A stretch of 53,601 bases of DNA, the filler included, from Catajapyx aquilonaris (lineage: Eukaryota): assembly GCA_000934665.2 (NCBI GenBank). It is 2 parts of 2 records of this genome, joined end to end, with 100 filler letters (N's around TTAATTAATTAA, not from the genome) between each part and the next. Parts side by side here need not be neighbours in the genome. Positions count along the whole stretch, not along the records: positions 26,847 to 53,601 come from JYFJ02005168.1; 1 more part is not named here. The stretch is one strand, 5' to 3'. The position numbers were made by a program, and so were the translations under genes. This document shows, in pieces, positions 34,901-46,691 of this stretch. Each line of letters begins with the position of its first letter. Position 1 is the first letter of the stretch. The notes below the pieces were generated by a model, which was not told the DNA's origin, made no database searches, and saw nothing but the letters and a program-made list of their open reading frames with translations.

Positions 34901-37900
34901 CATTTCAATGTCAGTGTTCAGTGTGCCAATTTGTGTCATTCGGTTAGCCAAGAAGGGAATGATGCCCTTTTTGCCTTGCCTAAGAACTTTCGCCCATGGG
35001 CCAGCCCCAGGGCGAAAATGTGTGATTCGGGACATTTGACGTTGTGTTGGATGTCTGGGTTACAGGTCTGCCAATTCTCAAATTTTTAGCTCACTTAGAA
35101 GTGTATGAAAATAATTACGTAAAGTGCATGACATTGCATGGAAAGCCCTATCCCAGTTTGAATTTATCCTCACCGTGACGTTTTCCCCCTCCACCAATCA
35201 CCGCCCACTAGCCGGACGGTCCAACCATAGGAAGGATATACTCTAACAACCGTGGGTCCCAATAATGAGTATGGGACAGAGTTGATGGATTAATTGTGGC
35301 ATTTTATATGTAAAGTAGAAAATCCCTCGCTTTGCTCACATTTTTCTAGGGCGCAGGCCTAGAAAACCACTCGCTTCGATTGTGCTTTTCTTATCCTGCG
35401 ATGGAGACTGTATTGATATGGCTAATCGATTCGGACTTAGCCAGTGATGATGTCCATCCAACAACCATCCACAAACTCCCCTCCATCCGCCCATCTGGTT
35501 TTTGTGCAACAATAAAGGCAGTTATTGTTGCCGCATCATTGCCATGATGCTGTCCCTCCCCCTCCTGCCCTCGACATTCGAACATGTTCGAACCTTCCAA
35601 GGCTGTCGAGACTGGCGATGATGACTCGTCGGCTTTGGATCACCGGTATATGGGCACAGGATATTCAAAATCACCACAAGGCCTTCACAGGTGGGAAGAA
35701 TGGTCTTTGAGCCACCTTCCCACATGCAATGTCTTTCATTGCAGTGACAAAATAAGCTACCGGGCAATTCCACGTGAACGTGACCACCTTTTGCACGAAA
35801 AAATTTGCCCGTCGATGAGTGTGAGATATGTTTGAGTCCATCTCAAGTTATGAACCTTTACCATGAGGATTTGGTCCGCGGATGCGTGGTTGCCTATCTA
35901 CGGGCGCTAATTGCACTTGGATCGCAGTTAGAGGCGCCCCCCTATTACATTTACATGACAACGTAAATGCATGATGTAATACATGTTTCATGTGTGAAAT
36001 TTTCTCCTCTTTCCGACAAAAATAGTCGCTTTCCGATAGCTGTGCAAATTCATGTCAAAATGCCACATTTTTGCAAACAAATGACATTTTCAAAAAAAGA
36101 GCCAAAGTCAAATGTCATCACATTGATATCAAAATACACATTGAAGTGTCCTCTATCAGTGGTACAAACGGAATTTTGGAATACGAAATGGTTACGGAGC
36201 TATAGGTACTGACGTGGAGCGCTGCGCTAGTGGCCACGCCCGCCGCTGAATGAAAATGAGCGGCCCACCTAGGTCCGTCTTCATGTCTCAGGTAGTGTAC
36301 GCTTGTCCTTTGTGTTTAATTCACTTAATAATATAGTTAATGTAGTTATAGTTTTAATATATCTAGAAATAGTTCCAAATAAATTTGGTCCGCTACTGGG
36401 CAATTCCACGTGAACGTGATCACCTTTTGCACAAAAAAATCTGGCCATCGATAAGTGTCAAAGTGTGAGGAGATATGTTTAGGTCCATGTTAGAACCTTT
36501 CGCATAAGAACTTGGTCCGCTGATGCGTGGTTGCCTCTCTACAGGCGTAAATTGTACTTTGATCACCTTTACACGACAATGTAAATGCTTGATATGATAC
36601 AAGGTTCATCTGTGAAATTGTCTCCTCTTTTCGACAAAAATGCTAACTTCCTGACAGATGTGCAAATTCATGGCAAAAAGCGAGAATTTTGCAAACAAAT
36701 GAAATTTTCGAAACGAGAGCCAAAGTTAAATACCATCAGTCATCACATTGATATCAAAAAATTCCTCATAGTGTTCTCTATCAGCCATACAAACGGAATT
36801 TTGGCCTACGCAAGGGTAACGGAGCTATAATCACTGACGTGGAGGGGTGCAGGAGTGCAATATATTCTATTATAGTGAAAGCAAGGGGCCCGTATGGATC
36901 CGCAAGGAATTCCGTACAGGCCTCAGCAGTGAACATTCATTTGGACTGTGACTAGGAACGAATAGAGGAATGAATATAAAAATAAAAAGTAGGCTACATG
37001 TTTCTCTATTGTAAATAATCAAGCATATTTTAACACACACTTGACACTTGTAAAAATTGAAACTTTGAACATGACAAGGGAATTTTCATTTATTCTTACT
37101 ATTCTATGGTAATTTCTTTTTGAACTATATTATTAAGGGCCCGAGGTTCTAAGTTATACTGAGGCCGGTGCAACTGGCCCTAAGTGCATTAAACACAAAG
37201 GACAAGCGTACACTACCTGAGACATGAAGACGGACCTAGGTGGGCCGCTCATTTTCATTCAGCGGCGTGGCCACTAGCGCAGCGCTCCACGTCAGTACCT
37301 ATAGCTCCGTAACCATTTCATATTCCAAAATTCCGTTTGTACCACTGATAGAGGACACTTCAATGTGTATTTTGATATCAATGTGATGACATTTGACTTT
37401 GGCTCTTTTTTTGAAAATGTCATTTGTTTGCAAAAATGTGGCATTTTGACATGAATTTGCACAGCTATCGGAAAGCGACTATTTTTGTCGGAAAGAGGAG
37501 AAAATTTCACACATGAAACATGTATTACATCATGCACTTACGTTGTCATGTAAATGTAATAGGGGGGCGCCTCTACCTGTGATCCAAGTGCAATTAGCGC
37601 CTGTAGATAGGCAACCACGCATCGGCGGACCAAATCCTTATGGGAAAGGTCATAACTTGAGATGGACTGAATCATATCTCACACTCATCGACAGGCAAAT
37701 TTTTTCGTGCAAATGGTGGTCACGTTCACGTGGAATTGCCCTACCAGCTAATCAAACTGAAAAAAGGAAACCTCAGCGTTCGAATCGTAGCTAGAACATT
37801 GGTTCTAAAGCAGTCCGATCAGTTATGGTAATGAAATGCCATACATTTCTACACCCTCGCATACGACCCAGTGACCGAATAGGGGGCGACGAGTGAGGAT

Positions 37901-40900
37901 TGAACAGGGGGAAGGGTTGGGGTTGGCGGGAGTGAAGACCCGTGTTGTTAAATCATCGGCTGACAACTGAGAGGTTCCTCCCGTCATTTGGCTTTTGAGA
38001 TAGGCTACATGCCAGCAGACCCTATTTTGGATTCGCCAATAACTTTAGAAGAATTGAGTGCATCATGCTGACGACTTAAGACCAACTCATCGCCAGGCCC
38101 AGACTTGATTCCTAACGCGTTTTTAAAGCTTAAATCGGATACCCTTCGACAAGTTTTACTTCAAATGTTCAAGAGTTGTGTGAAGGACAGAAGAGTCCCA
38201 AAAGTATTGGGGCAAGCTAGAGTAATATCGATTTATAAGGCGGGGGACCCAAAGGACCCCGCTAATTTCAGGCCCATCTCCTTGGTAAACAACATACTTA
38301 AGCTTTTCACGTCAATACTCACATCCCGTCTGACCAAATGAATGGATAAAAATAATAAACTGTCTAAGACGCAAGCGGCTTTAGAGCAGGGCGGGGTTGT
38401 CTTGACCATCTGCTCACACTCACAATTCTCATTCAACGATATTTGGCTAAGCCTAAGAGCAGGCTCTTTGCTGTTTTTATGGATCTCTCTAAGGCCTTCG
38501 ATTCAGTACCCCACTCACTACTACTTGCCCAACACCAGTGAAGTTCGCCTATCACGAAAATCACCTGCATATTGATGTTACAATACGAATTACTTGAGAA
38601 TGAATCATGTTTTAATTGCACAACTTATATGCTAATGAGCCTCATGGAAGAGCAATGATGGGGCGAGATATCAATGCATTTGTCAGTGGAACAAGAAGAA
38701 TGGACAGTATTTATTTAGCGCGCCAGGGGCAATGGAGTTCGCCAGAGCGCTAAACGCGCCACAAAGTTCGCCTAGAAGCAGGTGGCATCGCCATGGGCAG
38801 CAATGACAGCCTCCACACAACACGACATGTGTTGAATGAGCTCTGGCACTCGGCTGGAGTGATGGTGTCCCAAACCTCCCGTAGTTTGGCCCTCAAGGGA
38901 TGCCTTGGTGCAATGATGATTCCTCTGAAGTACCTTCTTCATGATTTTCCAGTCTGTCTCAATCGGATTGAGGTCCAGGCTGCTCGATGGCCACGTAAAA
39001 TGTCAATCCCCTTGTCTGCCAGCTACTTGCTTCCGCTGTTTTGGTAAGATGCAACGTCCTGTTGAAATATTGCGTTGATATTCGGATGTAAGGTTGCTGT
39101 TGAGGGCGCACACAGCGGATGGTCTCTCAAAATCTCATGAAACATGCTTATATCGATGGTGCCACTGATGCTGTGAAAGTTGCCAAGGCTAACACTACCC
39201 ATGCATCCCCACACCATAATGCTGTATGCATGTTTGACGGTTCTAGTGAGACATTGGGATGGTACGCCTCTTCTTTTGTTTGCAGTACCCGATTATGGAT
39301 GTCCCTGTACTGACTAATTCATCGTGAAACATGACTAATACCACATCTGATGTGCCCAATGCTTCCATCCCTTCTCCCAAGCAAATCTTTTTCCTGTTCC
39401 AGTGCCTTTAAGGGTGGTTTCTTCTTGGCCTATTGTCAAGACTCAAGAGGGCAGGTCCTGATTTCATGAATTCCCCGTTAGTCTTTGAGAAGTTGCACAT
39501 AAAAGTTCAACTTCATGTCATGGATGCAGAGTTGACAGGTTGTTGTGTGGACCACCTTTTGGGTCACCTCTGACCATTTTGAAATTGATGGTCGCTGCTC
39601 CTTTCGCCGATATTGCGACACATTTTTCTCATCTCTCGGTTTTTCCTTGCTGCTGTTGCCTGGTGACGTCCATCATAAGGTTTTTCTGAATGATTCTTGT
39701 AGTTTTGTTACTTCATGCGATGCCCGTAGCCATTGAGCATGGCACATGCCCTTCTTGAGCAACCACATCAGCAGACTTTCCTTCTTCAGAGCTCTTTCAT
39801 TTCACCTTGTGTACCTCTGGAGGAATGGGCTTACCACCTCCTGTAATTGTTATTTTCTGACACCGAGTGCAATGAGTAATGGCATTATTGTGCAGGGCAA
39901 AAGACCTTAATTTTTTTTTTTCATCTGGCACAACCGTTAAAGTCTGTATTTAACAGTGGGCGAACTTTGTGGTGCGTTTAGCACTCTGGGCGAACTCCAT
40001 TACCCCTGGCTTGCTAAATAAATACTGTCCTATTCTTCTTGTTCCACTGACAAATGCATTGATATCTCGCCCCAACACTGCTCTTCCATGAGGCTCATTA
40101 GCATATAAGTTGTGCAATTAAAACATGATTCATTCTCAAGTAATTCGTATTTGTAACATCGACATGCAGGTGATTTTCGTGCTAGGCGAACTTCACTGGT
40201 GTTGGGCAAGTATTTGAGAAGATGGCTCTCCTCGGGGTTAGCCTTTCATTCATTGAGCTTATCAGGGACTTTTACACTAATGTTGAAATGCTTGCAGATC
40301 ACGATAATTCGCTTACCTTAAACTCAACAATTGGGCGACCCTAAGGGGAGCCACTCAGACCAATTTTATTTAACCGTTATCTTTCCGACTTGGAAGAGTA
40401 CATAAGAAGCCGGGTCCGAATTCAATGGAATTGTCGACGTTGTCCTATGCTGACGATATAATTTTGACAGCAGATAACCAGCTATACCTGCAAAGCAACC
40501 TTAGAATTTTTGAGAAATATTTTAGGGACAACTGCCTTAGGGGTCGTGCAATACCACATGACTGATTTTAGGCCACTTTTTGAGCCCCCCTCCCCCCCCC
40601 CAGTGACCAACCGTGTTATCCATTGGAACCCCCCCCCCATTTTCACGTGGTTTTTAAAAATATCAATGTTATCAGAAAAATACACGATCGAAAATGATAG
40701 CTCCTCAACTAAACTGTTTCAGCACGTAAAAAACATGTCTCCCCATGTTTTCGGGGTCGCTGATTTCGAATTTTAGGTGATTTTGAACCCATTTGCATCT
40801 GTAATAGCTCCCATATGTGCCCATTCACCGNCCCCCGACCCCCAAAACGGTCACGTGGTATTTGCACGACCCCTTATGATAAACCTGACGAAAACAAAAG

Positions 40901-43792
40901 TAATGTATTTTTAAAAGGCAGGTAGATGTCTGAAGCATACCTTCTATTGGGACGGCCGTCCCCTGAGCTTGGCCAAGGCCTATACCTACTTAGGGATTAT
41001 CATCACATCGACCGGAAAGCTTCAAGTGCAAGTAAAAACACCTTAGATAGGGGGCCCGACCCAGATGGGAGTAATAGACCAAGTTCAACATGATTTCTAT
41101 AAGAAGTTTTTAGGACTTCCCCGGAATACGGCCCAGTATTTCCTACACTTGGAATCGGGAGTGTCGACNNNNNCCCCCCCCCCCATTAGTATTTCAAGCT
41201 CCTTTGTAAGTTCGTAATTAAAATCTGCTAGGCTCAGCTTTACGAGAAGTGGAGGGATCGAGTCAACGCATTAACTGGGTGTCGTGGGTTCGAGATATCC
41301 TGGAGGTCAGGGACTGGGATCCTATGGTTTTCTCAGTGCCAACGGCAGTCCAAAGGTTTTCCGACAATTACGGGCCAAGAGTGAACAAGCGTTAGCCGTA
41401 ACTACTCGCTACTCCTTTAGCAGGAATTGCGCCCCATTAATTCGCGCATGCATTATTTAGCTTTCCTCTCACCATTAAAAATCACTCACCTGTTGGCCAA
41501 CTTACGTCATCGATCACCAAGCTTTTTTCTCTTGGGCCGCAGGCTGGTTTTTGACTATGAGGAGAACTGCTCCTGGTGCAATATCACCGAACCATTCTCT
41601 CCCTATCACGTAATTTATTATTTATTTATTTATTTATTTTATTTTTTTACCCCATGATAAAGCTCGTGGCTCTCTTAGGTGGGAAGGGGAGGTTCCCAAG
41701 GGAGGGCGCTGTAAGTTTTAGTCATTTCTGACTTTGTGAAATACACCAGACCTTTTCTGCTGGCCCTGGACAGAGTAGGGAGTGCAATTCTGCCCCGGCA
41801 TGTCGGGTGAAAAGCGGAAAAAGACCTGGCCAAGCAGAGGTGACGGGGACGGGATTTGAACCCCGGCCTCCCGCTTGGCTGGCCAGTGGCTTAACCACTA
41901 GACCCCCCCTACCACGTAATTTATGTTTGTCCTTTTTTCCGAACTCCCAGACATGACTTCTTGTACAACTTGCCAACATACCCTCCTGACCGTTTTCAGT
42001 CAATTTTGACCGATATAACTAAGGAACAAGCCTATAACTTAAACAATTTTTTGGAAAATGTAATCAAAAGAATCGAAATGTGTGACTGAGAATTGTGCTG
42101 GAACTGACGTTATCTAGGATTGCTTGAGGCCGGAATGGCAAATTCGATGTTTGTTTATATGCATATTGTAACCGTAGTTTAGAGCAGTATTCATTGTACA
42201 TGCTTTGGCGTTGTGTCCCCCTAAAAGGGCCCTGCCCTCTAATGGGGTAAATAAAATAAAATAAATAAATAAATAAAAGTACAGTAAGTACCCAACTTCG
42301 TGTCAAATCAAAAACTGGAGTTCATGTGTGGACCATGAGGGATTAATCCATCAACTGTCCACCATCTGACTCTTCTGATTGTCAATTTGGACAGAGTAAT
42401 GGCTTTGGAAGCAATCTGCAATGTGTGAAGGAGATGGATAGAGGCAAGAGAGAGGAGGAGGGGAAGAGGCTGGAGGGTTATTGCAGTGCAATACTTAATC
42501 TGTATCAGACACACTCAGATTGTGTTTGTGGCGCACTGCAAATGTTGTGAGTTAATGATCTAGGATCATTCATATGGCACTGGGGACCCAATTTAGGTAC
42601 TATTAATGTCAGATGCAATTTGTACTCAGACAGATTCCATGTCATCATAATTTATTTTGTTCTGAGTTGTCATGCCATCACTACTTTCCCTATATTCATA
42701 CAACCCCCACTTCAGCAGCAAGTGCATTAATTTCAGTCCACTTCTCTCCTTTTTCACATTACAGTATTATGCAAAGTTCTGTTCACTCGAAAGCCACATA
42801 GGCCTATCTTCAAACTTCACGACTTATGAGCTGTCTACTCCCAAGATTTGCAGCTGCAGTTGGTGTTGTTACTAATGGTAACTTGTTTCAACCCACTTAA
42901 GGCTGCTACACACGGGCAGGTTGCATCCGCAGTTGGAGTCGGAGTTGGACTCTACCCGCCAATGAGCGCCAGGCGGCAGCTGTCGCGACAGCTGCCACCT
43001 CGCGCTCATTGGCGGGTGGTGTCCAACTCCGACTCCAACTGCGGATGCAACCTGCCCGTGCGTAGCCGCCTTTAGGTGTTGGTGATAATGGCAAGTTATT
43101 ATGGTAGCAACCAAACTTCCCCGGAAATCTTGAATTAGGTTCCCTACAAATGCTTGTTACTGCCTTTGGCTTTTGAGTCATCATTTGACATTGTGACAAT
43201 CAGCAGAGCATGAGCATGAGATGGCAGGGATGTCAGTACAGTTATGTGTAGTGTCTGATTGCAGTTATCTTTCTCTTATATTCTAGTATCCTGTCTACAT
43301 TGGTTGTGCTGGCCCCGAACTGCTGTACCTGTTGCAGTACCCATTACGTCCCAAGGATATGCCATATGATCCAACATCTGTGATACAGGTTTGTTGCATT
43401 CAGGAATGGCACCTGCCATACCTCTCAGCGGGGGTCATTCAGGGAAGTATCCCAAGCTTAGCATAAAACACATTTTATCAAACCTTGATTCATTCATGGG
43501 TGGGGGTATGCAAGGAGTGGCTGGGTATCCTCCAGTGTTTCGCCATACATTTCTAATATGAGATCGGCGCCCCTGCATGCAGACAGAAACACATGGTTGT
43601 TGACTGACTCTTGTCTTGTTTCTAGGCTAGAATCAAACCAAAACAGCAAACCGTTGAGATGGAAATCGCTTTGAACACCCAGTCTGCCAATTTCAACCAG
43701 AGTAAAGCTGAGCAGATTGCGCTCAATGCAAACGGGAGACGAGGAGGGGAGGACAGAGAAGGCAGGGAAGAGGCTGGGCCAGTATTTGAAGG
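28694..43792 (+). CDS. POLR3E: DNA-directed RNA polymerase III subunit RPC5 (POLR3E / Sin), 5' partial; exons 28694-28936, 43287-43388, 43626-43792
   Basis: The spliced translation ..DDDDPVVAE|YPVYIGCAGPELLYLLQYPLRPKDMPYDPTSVIQ|ARIKPKQQTVEMEIALNTQSANFNQSKAEQIALNANG.. matches the RPC5/Sin_N start (human EEDDPVVQEIDVYL..LYLFQYPVRP..AKIKPKQQKVELEMAIDT..SKGEQIALNVDG). GT-AG sites, phases 0,0,2. Confidence 0.93.
29515..29919. mobile_element. possible Tc1-type MITE hosting the hAT MITE
   Basis: TA|cagggtgtccc..gggacaccctg|TA. The right end and its flank also resemble 7910-8070, so the pairing is uncertain. Confidence 0.45.
29609..29836. mobile_element. hAT MITE
   Basis: cagtggtttccaacct TIRs, 8-bp TSD gtatagtg. 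Confidence 0.9.
31292..31856. mobile_element. hAT MITE
   Basis: cag(t/c)ggttcttaacct TIRs, 8-bp TSD acctacag. Confidence 0.9.
32027..32905. mobile_element. piggyBac-like non-autonomous element
   Basis: TTAA|cccagatatgcc..ggcatatctggg|TTAA. Confidence 0.85.
33600..34129 (+). mobile_element. pogo/Tigger-family MITE, copy 2
   Basis: TA TSD; homologous to 5147-5672; remnant MEVKEKRRSYRADFKRKVINCADRTSN. Confidence 0.88.
34183..34248. repeat. (ATG/ATT/ATA)n microsatellite
   Basis: Seen directly. Confidence 0.85.
35762..37741. mobile_element. Sola2-like non-autonomous DNA transposon
   Basis: About 560-bp TIRs starting GGGCAATTCCACGTG, 4-bp TSD TACC on both sides; GRG termini, long TIRs and a 4-bp TSD fit Sola2. 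Confidence 0.7.
38524..40210 (-). mobile_element. Tc1 element with long TIRs; transposase pseudogene
   Basis: TA TSD, about 250-bp TIRs cttgcccaacaccagtgaagttcgcct; minus-strand remnants MVWGCM, FQQD and WPSSSLDLNPIE. Confidence 0.92.
40540..40873. mobile_element. PIF/Harbinger MITE
   Basis: TTA|ggggtcgtgcaa..ttgcacgacccc|TTA. Confidence 0.85.
41619..41912 (-). mobile_element. SINE family A, antisense in POLR3E intron 1
   Basis: A box GGTCTAGTGG, B box GGTTCAAATCCC, (TAAA)n tail, 12-bp TSD cacgtaatttat. Confidence 0.9.
42900..43071. mobile_element. PIF/Harbinger palindromic MITE
   Basis: Near-perfect 172-bp palindrome, TTA TSD. Confidence 0.85.
43287..43388 (+). CDS. POLR3E: POLR3E coding exon 2
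   Basis: Acceptor attctag|, LYLLQYPLRP motif, donor CAG|GTTTGT, 102 nt. Confidence 0.92.
43626..43792 (+). CDS. POLR3E: POLR3E coding exon 3
   Basis: Acceptor tttctag|, ARIKPKQQ..SKAEQIALN motif, donor GG|GTAAGT. Confidence 0.93.
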
Positions 43793-44344
43793 GTAAGTTA
43801 ATTTTGTAAAATTTCTGTTCTCTTTCTGTACATTTATAAAAAACGCTCCACACTGGGGCTGCAGTATGATCCATAATTTTGACCATATACAAAAATGTAT
43901 CACAATATTGAAGTTTTCTGGGAGTTTTAAAAATTATACTTCTATAATAACTTCATCCGTGGGACCTTCATTAATAAGCTATTGATGGAGTCAGGAGGCA
44001 CATTTGAGAAATCCTTAATGATGTTGTCTGGTAAAAAAAACATAATTATATCTTCATGTGCCACACTGAACCCAATTCTGTGGTACTGGTAGCCCCCATT
44101 TTATGATGATTCACATTAACTACCTTATCAAAATTACCTAAAAACCTGTTTGAAAAAGAGGGGGAAAATTGAGAATATCAAAACATTCAAAGAAGGTAAC
44201 ACGTCTTTGTCACAACACTTGTGAGTCCAAACACGCAATGCAGTGAAACCTCCATACAATTCTCCCACGTATAATGCTATCCCGCTTTTAACACCCTTTT
44301 CGTCCGGTCTCTTGATCAGCCCCATATGAAGCATTTCCCACATA

Positions 44345-44796
44345 CAGGGTGAAGGAATTCTCATGTACATTTTGCCAGGTAGGCTGATAGTACTCGCAAA
44401 ACTAATATAGGGATGTGCAATGTATTTGTTTTTGGCGCCGTTGCTTAGTTAATTTGTACGGCGCCTTTAAAGTGTAGTGTTGGATGGTAGAATATGAGGT
44501 AAAAAACCGACTATGGGCATGGGTGTCGCACCTGGATTCTTTACTCTGATGGGATTTGATCGTACCTATTGCACATGGATGATGAGCTACGGGCCGAAGG
44601 CCTAATTATTTGGAGGCCCTCAAGCTGACTTTTGCTTCTTTTAAACAGGGGGAGTGGATATGATGCCCCGAAACTTTGAAGGCAGCGTACGCATTAACTA
44701 CGCAACGGCGCCCAAAACCAATTGCACATCCCTATATTAGTTTTGCGAGTACTACCAGTCTACCTGGCAATTGTCCGCGAGAATTTCTTCACCCTG
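44345..44796. mobile_element. Tc1/mariner-type MITE
   Basis: TA|cagggtgaag..cttcaccctg|TA with about 120-bp TIRs; internal part homologous to about 16690-16930. Confidence 0.85.
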
Positions 44797-44949
44797 TATA
44801 ACGAATTCCAGTGTATTGCACTACTGTGAGTTACTCCAGTTCTGGCCCCCCTAATTGAAATTCTGACTTTGAAAATTCACAAGTCTTATTTAAGCTTTGT
44901 GCAGGTAAATGAATGCATTGAAGGCATAGGCAATTTAACGGGCAATCTG

Positions 44950-45896
44950 CGAGGGTCGTTTGGAAAAGATCCGCACTCGATTTATTGTCGTGGCATACGT
45001 GGCTGCACGAAGTTGGCATTTGCCTCAACAGGGGGGCCACTAGTACCCTACACTCTGTAAAAAGTTTGTCATATTCACCGCATCAGGTCAGCGACAGTGC
45101 CACTTGAAACGCGGGAGGGTGTAGACTGGCGTGGACAAGATGGAAGGTGACTATATCACGGCCAATGGTGGACAGCCTGGTTCTTGTGGAAAGAAGGTGC
45201 GACAGGAGCGGTCATTCACCGCCGTCTTGTGGCTATGTGTGGATAAGTGCTGGCTCCAGGCCGCAGAACAGTTTACGACTGGATCCAGGAGTTCAAGGCA
45301 GGCCATGCCACAGTGGAAAAAGGGGTTAGTGCAGTCAGACCGTCGACTTCTCGGACAGCTGTCATGGTGGGGAAGGTTAACGACTTGATTATGCAAAATC
45401 GTCGAATCACATTCTATGAACTGGAACTTGACACTGGCCTAGGTCGGGCCACCTTGCATGTCATCATTCATGATGATCTTGCTTTAAAAAAAGGTGTGCA
45501 CGCATTGGGTTACGCGTGATCTCACCCCGCAGCAGAAAGAGGTGCGAGTCCAGAGGTGCCGAGAGTTACTGGAAGCTCGAGCTCAGTTACACTGTGTTGT
45601 CACACCCACCTTATTCCCCAGACCTGGCACCTTCTGACTATGGACTTTTCGACGTGATGAAGGAACCCCTCCATGGACGAAGATTTGCCTATGCAGCTGA
45701 GCTCCAAGGAGCTGTCCATGACTGGGTGGTGAGGGCACCAAAAGAATGGTTCCAAGAGATGACCATGAAGTTGCCAGGAAGGTGGCAGCGGTGCATCGAT
45801 CTCGGTGGTTGAGGCAGCCCAAGTGTGATTCAGCCTCTGCTAGTACATGTAGTGGCCAAAAAAATTCGAGTGCGGATCATTTCCGAACGACCCTCG
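44950..45896 (+). mobile_element. mariner element, internally deleted transposase pseudogene
   Basis: TIR cgagggtcgtt(t/c)ggaaa(a/t)gatccgcactcga, TA on the right; HTH remnant (RTVYDWIQEFKAG..RPSTS..RRIT) and HPPYSPDLAPSDY motif; the central catalytic region is missing. Confidence 0.92.
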
Positions 45897-45902
45897 TATT
45901 AA

Positions 45903-46691
45903 CCCCTTCGGCCCCAGATCGGCCCGAACCACACAGTTTTTGGCTTACGCGTACTCCGAAGATACGGACAAGATATTTTGCAAATAATAACAGCTATACT
46001 TACGAGATCTGGGAAAACCCTATGAATGTGTCTGGAACCATTTTACTCGTCTAGAAGTCCCTAAATTAATTTCCAAAAAAGGGCTATAATAACTCGAAAT
46101 TGGACTACTGCCGCCCAACTTTTAGGCTGATTGAATTATGAAATGCGTGAAAATATGCGGAATAACAACCTTGAGAACCATGCCAGACGGATTTGCTGAA
46201 ATCGTCGTACTTTGCGAGAAATAATTTAATATTTATTTGGGGCTTTCTAGCACTTAGGAAAACTCCTAAATGAGTATGAGATGAATTTTCTGAAATGATC
46301 GTACTTCATGAGAAACAAATAAATTTGCGAGTTTTCCGAAGTGCCAGAAAGCCGCAAATAAGTATTAATTTATTTCTCGCAAAGCACGACGATTTCAGCA
46401 AATTCCTCTTGTATGGTTCTCAAAGTTGTTATTCCGCATATTTTCACGCATTTCCTAATTAAATCAGCCTAAAAGTTGGGCGGCAGTAGTCCAATTTCGA
46501 GTTATTATAGCCCTTTTTTGGAAATTAATTTAGGGACTTCTAGACGAGTAAAATGGTTCCAGACACATTCATAGGGTTTTCCCAGATCTCGTAAGTATAG
46601 CTGTTATTATTTGCAAAATATCTTGTCCGTATCTTCGGAGTACACGTAAGCCAAAAACTGTGTGGTTTGGGCCGATCTGGGGCCGAAGGGG
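45903..46691. mobile_element. piggyBac-like foldback MITE, complete
   Basis: TTAA|CCCC..GGGG|TTAA with about 350-bp near-identical inverted arms. Confidence 0.9.

Larger units (their letters stand above)
33275..35180. mobile_element. unclassified long-inverted-repeat element (about 260-bp arms)
   Basis: 33275-33538 is the reverse complement of about 34904-35180; TSD not resolved. Confidence 0.7.
38020..42278 (+). mobile_element. degenerate LINE (RTEX-like ORF2), split by Tc1, Harbinger MITE and SINE insertions
   Basis: IYKAGDPKDPANFRPISLVN (ORF 38105), DLSKAFDSV, GEPLRPILF, YADD near 40446, C-terminal CSWCN..H knuckle, (TAAA)n tail; many frameshifts. Confidence 0.88.

Noticed and set aside
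35967..37537. Duplicated 81-aa ORFs (MHDVIHVSC..)
   Set aside because: Chance ORFs inside the TIRs of the Sola2-like element
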